Source: Ylistrum balloti
Taxonomy: Eukaryota
DNA: 64,000 bases
NCBI RefSeq assembly: GCF_031769215.1
Contig: NW_026782754.1
Coordinates: forward strand, 372,001-436,000
Direction: 5' to 3'
The translations under genes were made by a program, and so were the position numbers. Below the pieces are notes generated by a model. It saw only the letters and a list, made by a program, of their open reading frames with translations. It had not been told where the DNA came from and did not search any database. Positions 61,301 to 64,000 of this stretch are shown piece after piece. The stretch's first letter is position 1; every line of letters begins with the position of its first letter.

Positions 61301-64000
61301 GCCCAATGTCAGCTACTTGGGACATCTGCGTATTAAGAAGAAGTCGTTTGAATTTTTTTAGCAATTATCAGCATACTTCAAGTCTAATGTCAACACTTTT
61401 GGCCATTTTGGTACTGAGATATACCATGCGGTTAAAAGAATTAGTGACCAACACCTTCTTAATACTTCCTGCCCGAGGTGGTTTTCTTGCTCAGTGAGCC
61501 CCCTTTAAACCATTACACGTAATCAATGAAAAATTAAACACGCGAAATTTTCAAATGCAAATCAAGAAATAGGAGAACTTGCCATCGATATTTTTTGGCC
61601 TGGTGTCACCACGCAGATTGTTTTCCATAATGTGATACGTGAAGACCTTTGAATGTTGATCCGGATACAGGGCAGAACTGAGAGATATGTTGGTAAATGT
61701 AAATGGAAAGAATTTTCTGTTTTAACTTTTTCTCGTGGTTTTGACTGGTGAGAATCCAGTTTGGGAGATTCCTGTGTTAATAGGACAACTCTGGTATTGA
61801 CTTGAGAGACACTATTTTCAAAGTTTAGAAGGCGGTTTTAACTTCAGAGACCACAGGTTATGTAAGAAAGACGCCAGCTTTAACAGAAGATATGCCGCGT
61901 TTGACAGTAATAATCCATTTTGAGACCCCGATTGTAACAAGAGAAAATGGAAAGTTTTCGGTTTAAACTGGAGATATCTCGGTTAAAAATGAAAAGTCTT
62001 CAGTTTTGACAGGAGATATCTTGGTTTGAAATGGAAAGGCTTCGGTTTTATGTGGAAAGTTTGCAGTTTTAACTGACGAGACACTGGTTTTAAATGAAAA
62101 GTTTTCGGTTTTAGCTAGAGAGACATCGGTCTTAACTGGAGAGACACCGATTGTTTTGAAACTGTTCCAATTCAAGTTATCCAATCCTAGTTCTACATAT
62201 TTTTTCGACAGAGCTGTCATGTTTCCATGAGGTGAAACGTACTTTCCAGGCCACCACTGGGTCAATATTAATAGATGTTCAACATAGGTTCACAACCAAA
62301 TCCTACACAAAACAAAATTTCCTTTGTTTTTCGTTTGGTGTAACATAGAAGCCAATATTTTTTAAACCAAACCATATCAGTTGGTGTTTTTGTATATTAA
62401 ATGTATGACAAAGAACTAGAAGAACCATATCGACCAAGAATATGTATTCTACTTTTTACACTAAATATGAAACATGTATCCATTTTATCAATGGGTCATC
62501 AATACTCAAGACAGTAAAGGTCTATGAATATAACTCCACTCTATCGAATTAAAATCATTTCCTAATCTACAAATAATAACAATATTTCCCCTCGAAATGC
62601 TATCATACAATAAGTTTACATTTCCTGCAATAAGTCGGTCTTTCGTGAATCCTTTTCATGTATTACTTACAACAGATGGTAGTACTCTTTCAGTACAGTG
62701 AGCTATTGCCGTACAATCTATTTTGTAGTCAGGATTGAGTAAGGTTAATGGCCTCAAGTTAGTAATTCACCGCCTGTCATTGAATCCTTTTGGCATGAAT
62801 TTACAATTCCGTAGTTTTGAAATTCTGACAGTGCTCCGTTATTATAATCATGATTAATTCATTATCATACAATTATTTTTTTCCAGAATTACATAATTTT
62901 ACTATTAAACCTACCTTGTACCATATTCTCCCCATTTTTGATATTATCAAAACCATTACTACATTCATCGATTGTTATCAATCTTTCATAACTATCTCTT
63001 TCTGTGTGATGTGTTTACCATGATCAAAACGAGAGAATGGATCACTGAGTAAGACATCCTCGATACTCCAGGGGCTACGATCACTTCCCCTTTCTGCATC
63101 CCTGGAATACTTCATGCCAAAATTGCAGGCACACGCGAAGTAATTTGATTGATGTAAAGCGGGTTTGTGTAGAAAAAATGGACCGATTCCAGACTGATAC
63201 GCTCCTTTGAAGATTCTTAGGGCACGGATCACAACCAACTTCTACACCAAAGGATAAAACTAGTCTTCTCGTCTTATCCACAATGTGTCGCACATGGAGC
63301 CTTCGATTTTGCCATGAACTGTTCCAGGGGTACATAGAGCAAAAGTGATCGTAACCCCATCCTCGATTCTCCAGAGGTTACTATCACTTTTGCTCTCTGC
63401 ACCCCTGAAACAACACCGACAATATGTTGGAAAATTTCATCAATGACTTTTTACATGAATTATTTTACATAAGATGAAAAGACAAACTAGAAACAAGTAA
63501 TGAACTCAAGAGATAAGCTGAAATTTTGAGCAATTAGGCACCAAACAAATTCCTTAACAACATGTTTAGAATCTAGTTGAATTATTCAAATATTCCGTAT
63601 CCTGTAAAATATGTGAGAAAGCAAGTAAGGATACTATGTTCAATTTATGCTAGACTGACAAATCACGGATAGTGTTGTAAATGCAGTAGAAGTGTTGTCA
63701 TATGTACAGTTTTCATATCTGAGGTTTGAAGACCATAGAAGACTTTTTACTTGGTGGTCGTTTACATGTATATTTCACTGATATCGAATTAGAAACACAG
63801 ATGCTATACATGGCTGTAAATATCAATGTATGGTGAATGAGATGTAGAGTATGATTTGATTAAACCTATAAACGTATACATATGTATGTAAAAACATAAT
63901 ATGAAGGAAAGATAATTCTTTAAATGTAGTGGTATAATACGGTTACCTGACTATCAAATACAAAATTATGTTTACATATAAATCAGGATCAATTCAAAAC
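55386..64000 (-). repeat. Inverted copy of 38538-47115, running off the window
   Basis: Coordinate sums stay ~102,500-102,540 along the arm; about 6 differences in the 444-bp LTR compared (~98.6%). Confidence 0.97.
57421..58870 (+). mobile_element. Mirror copy of the truncated Gypsy LTR (57421-57864) + gag relic
   Basis: Reverse complement of 43640-45096. Confidence 0.7.

Noticed and set aside
1-64000. Prokaryotic defence system, phage or endogenous virus
   Set aside because: No operon-like gene density, RBS pattern or viral hallmark genes; all coding signal is spliced host-type or retroelement-derived.

Overview
AT-rich, intron-containing animal genomic DNA. The repeat families (HINE/Helentron-type elements with GGCCCATGGGCC ends, a Meta/V-type SINE, a Mag-like Gypsy) suggest a bivalve mollusc; this is inference. 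There are two assembly gaps (22981-23334, 54335-54485). From left to right: (1) the first coding exon of an aquaporin on the minus strand with non-canonical pore residues (NPS, His->Gln, Ile->Glu); its remaining exons were not found in the window. (2) A 2.9-kb array of a 27-bp repeat. (3) A complete but decayed 5.45-kb Gypsy LTR retrotransposon inserted into a 38-bp minisatellite and itself interrupted by a 1.3-kb TIR element with a 5-bp TSD. (4) A 13-exon plus-strand gene reconstructed by hand from splice sites and phases (24500-33292) and largely invisible in the ORF track. It encodes NLS + PWWP + 11-aa Pro-rich repeats + BRCA1-type tandem BRCT + acidic tract + C-terminal helical domain. A 13-nt deletion inside its coding minisatellite frameshifts this copy. 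(5) A cluster of HINE-like elements. (6) A ~10.5-kb block of LINE/LTR relics (36622-47115) that recurs in inverted orientation (52003-54965 and 55386-64000+) around a spacer holding a decayed collagen-like exon. The PWWP-BRCT gene is the most novel-looking item. All alignments and counts were done by eye, and no database search was run.
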